Positions 62,051-64,000 of a stretch of DNA of 64,000 bases are shown one piece after another. Below the pieces are notes generated by a model that was not told the origin of the DNA, made no database searches, and saw only the letters and a program-made list of their open reading frames with translations. The stretch's first letter is position 1. Each line of letters opens with the position of its first letter. The translations under genes and the position numbers were made by a program. The stretch lies in assembly GCF_030144855.1 (NCBI RefSeq), contig NC_082722.1:27032001-27096000 (forward strand), read 5' to 3'. The DNA comes from Hypanus sabinus. Its lineage: Eukaryota.

Positions 62051-64000
62051 AGATAATCACCCTCCAGAATCTGTACGTAGCTTAACTTCCCCGACTGTCC
62101 TTCCACGTCAGATGCCTCAGCAGTTGAAGGCTGTTCAAAATTGAATAGTCATCTAGTGGATAATTTACAGCGGTGGAGATCAGGACCTTGACGGATTATG
62201 GTAGAATAAATAACGGAATAATATTCCATATTCAAGGAATGTAATGTGGCCTAATTGAATAGAGAACAAAAATCACTCATGACCCAGCTTGTTGGATCAT
62301 TGAATATACAATGCAGGGAATATTCGGCAGATCGGGTTAGCATGGACAGGCAGATCAATTGAATTAACACGTCAATTTACCTTCCTTTCTCAGAATTGTG
62401 TTTCTGGACTTCTGAACCCACAATCATAACTTATGAATTCAGGACCCTCCATTATCATCGAAATAAATAGGTACATTCTTGTGTTTTCTTTCCTATTTTA
62501 TCTGCCTATTTAAAAGGCCCATAGTTTTTGTTCAATTCCGACAAAGTATCACGTCGATTTAGATTAGATATATTTTCACTTCTTGTTTATAATTCTCCAA
62601 TGCGATCATTTGTATGCAAGACTCCGCAAGTTTCTGTAAAAAAACGTACGGAATAGAATTTTAATGCATTTTTCATTTTACCAAGAATGCCTTGTGTTTA
62701 TGAGAACTAACACGCTGCCTGAGAATAGAATGTCACTCGTGACTCTGCTGGTGGCATCATGGAAATGTGTGGTCAAAGTCTGCTCCTCTCTGAAACATGC
62801 ATGTAGCAGACAGCTTGTGGTAACACCTAAGAGTAGGTCAATGCGTTTAATTTAAGTAACTTATTTGACATCGAGCTTCTGTCAGCTAGATGTTTCTCAA
62901 GTTGTGCTGCAACGTTTATACATCCTGTTTCTGTGCTATGTTCATTCTGGAAATATATATAAGAAAAAAATTAACAAACAGCTAATAATTGATATTTATG
63001 CGTGAATCATTCTCTGAGAGCATTGAATGGAGTACAGATTAAACCGATTTCTGGGGAATGCATACTCTTTCCTAGTTAAATAAATGAGGGACCGCAGCTA
63101 GTAGATATTTAGTTCAATTTCATGTCGTCTTCGCAACAGACATCTTCGCCGAAAGTCATTTTCCTGTGCTGCACTGGTCCGTCGATATATTAAAAGCAGT
63201 GTTATTGGACCAAGGAACAGGTAGAAAATATTACATCAAGTAGCAATGTCGAGAGTCTACTCTTGAAATACTCTTTTCATGATACTTTTGAAAACGTAAA
63301 TGAATGGAGAAGTAAGGTCATCTCATTTTGTGTTCGGCTCATATCAAGTTACATCGTCAATTGGAAAGCAGGGTCATTATGGAAAACAGCTTTGCAGATG
63401 GTTGCAATCCACCGTTAAGCAGAAAACATCGAGAGCCTTCTATGGAAAGAGGAAAATACAGATCACTTCTCCTCATGACTCAATGATCAACCTGAAGTGT
63501 TCACACTATTTCTCACAGCTTTCGCTGCGTGGCTTGTTGAGTGTTTCCTATGACTTCCACGCAGTACTATCGAACGGTAGCTTTAATTTTGCAGTAACCT
63601 AACTCCAATTCATCTCCCTATTATATATTACAGAATAATCAACATTCAGTTGAAACATTTATCCTGAAAAAACCTTGTTGGAAACATTTCGGAATATCTT
63701 TGTAATGAAGGCAGAGCTATTTATCGGCGCTATTTTATAAAGGATTATATCGTCCGGTGGACAAAATTGTCTCACAAATTAGAAATCTAGATTTGCAGTC
63801 AATGATTTGGCCTAAACAGAGCTGTACTTGACATTTAACAACGTCTTGATTTTTCTGAGAATGTCATACATTCGAACAATTGAAAATGATAAAAACAATA
63901 GATCAAATACACAAAAAAGAACAAAATACCTCATACTTTACTGTGCTTTCCCGCCCCAGCTAATGCTGAACTAATATATGCTGGTGAAAATATAGAGATG

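Larger units (their letters stand above)
52390..64000 (+). repeat. Right arm of inverted segmental duplication (runs off the window end)
   Basis: For example 63690-63860 matches the reverse complement of 5820-6000, 58913-59030 matches rc of 12587-12705, and 52390-52640 matches rc of 14670-14920. Confidence 0.9.

Overview
Eukaryotic, repeat-dense vertebrate DNA. The repeat landscape (CR1 LINEs with TTCTATG/AACCATAT tails, Penelope-like GIY-YIG elements, Rex1/Babar, HE1-type tRNA SINE) points to a cartilaginous fish, probably a ray; this is inference. Nearly all long ORFs in the track are decayed transposable elements. The one well-supported host gene is at the left end on the minus strand: an intact, splice-site-flanked single-exon V-set Ig domain (3034-3339) with a germline-encoded J-like G strand (FGSRCGTKLTVF), plus a plausible leader exon (3510-3564). 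Its TM and cytoplasmic exons must lie left of the window. It resembles NKp30/NCR3-type VJ receptors but carries the CD79-type CGTxLxV cysteine. The region upstream of this gene (about 5680-14920) reappears inverted at about 52390-64000 with shared TE junctions. This old inverted segmental duplication predicts a divergently transcribed paralog just beyond the right edge. Other notable structures are a ~2 kb composite fold-back palindrome (7979-10026), a Chapaev3-like DNA transposon present in both duplicate arms, Dong/R4-like elements and a chromodomain-bearing Gypsy relic. Two assembly gaps are present. Identity values are by-eye estimates, and TE boundaries are approximate unless a junction is stated.
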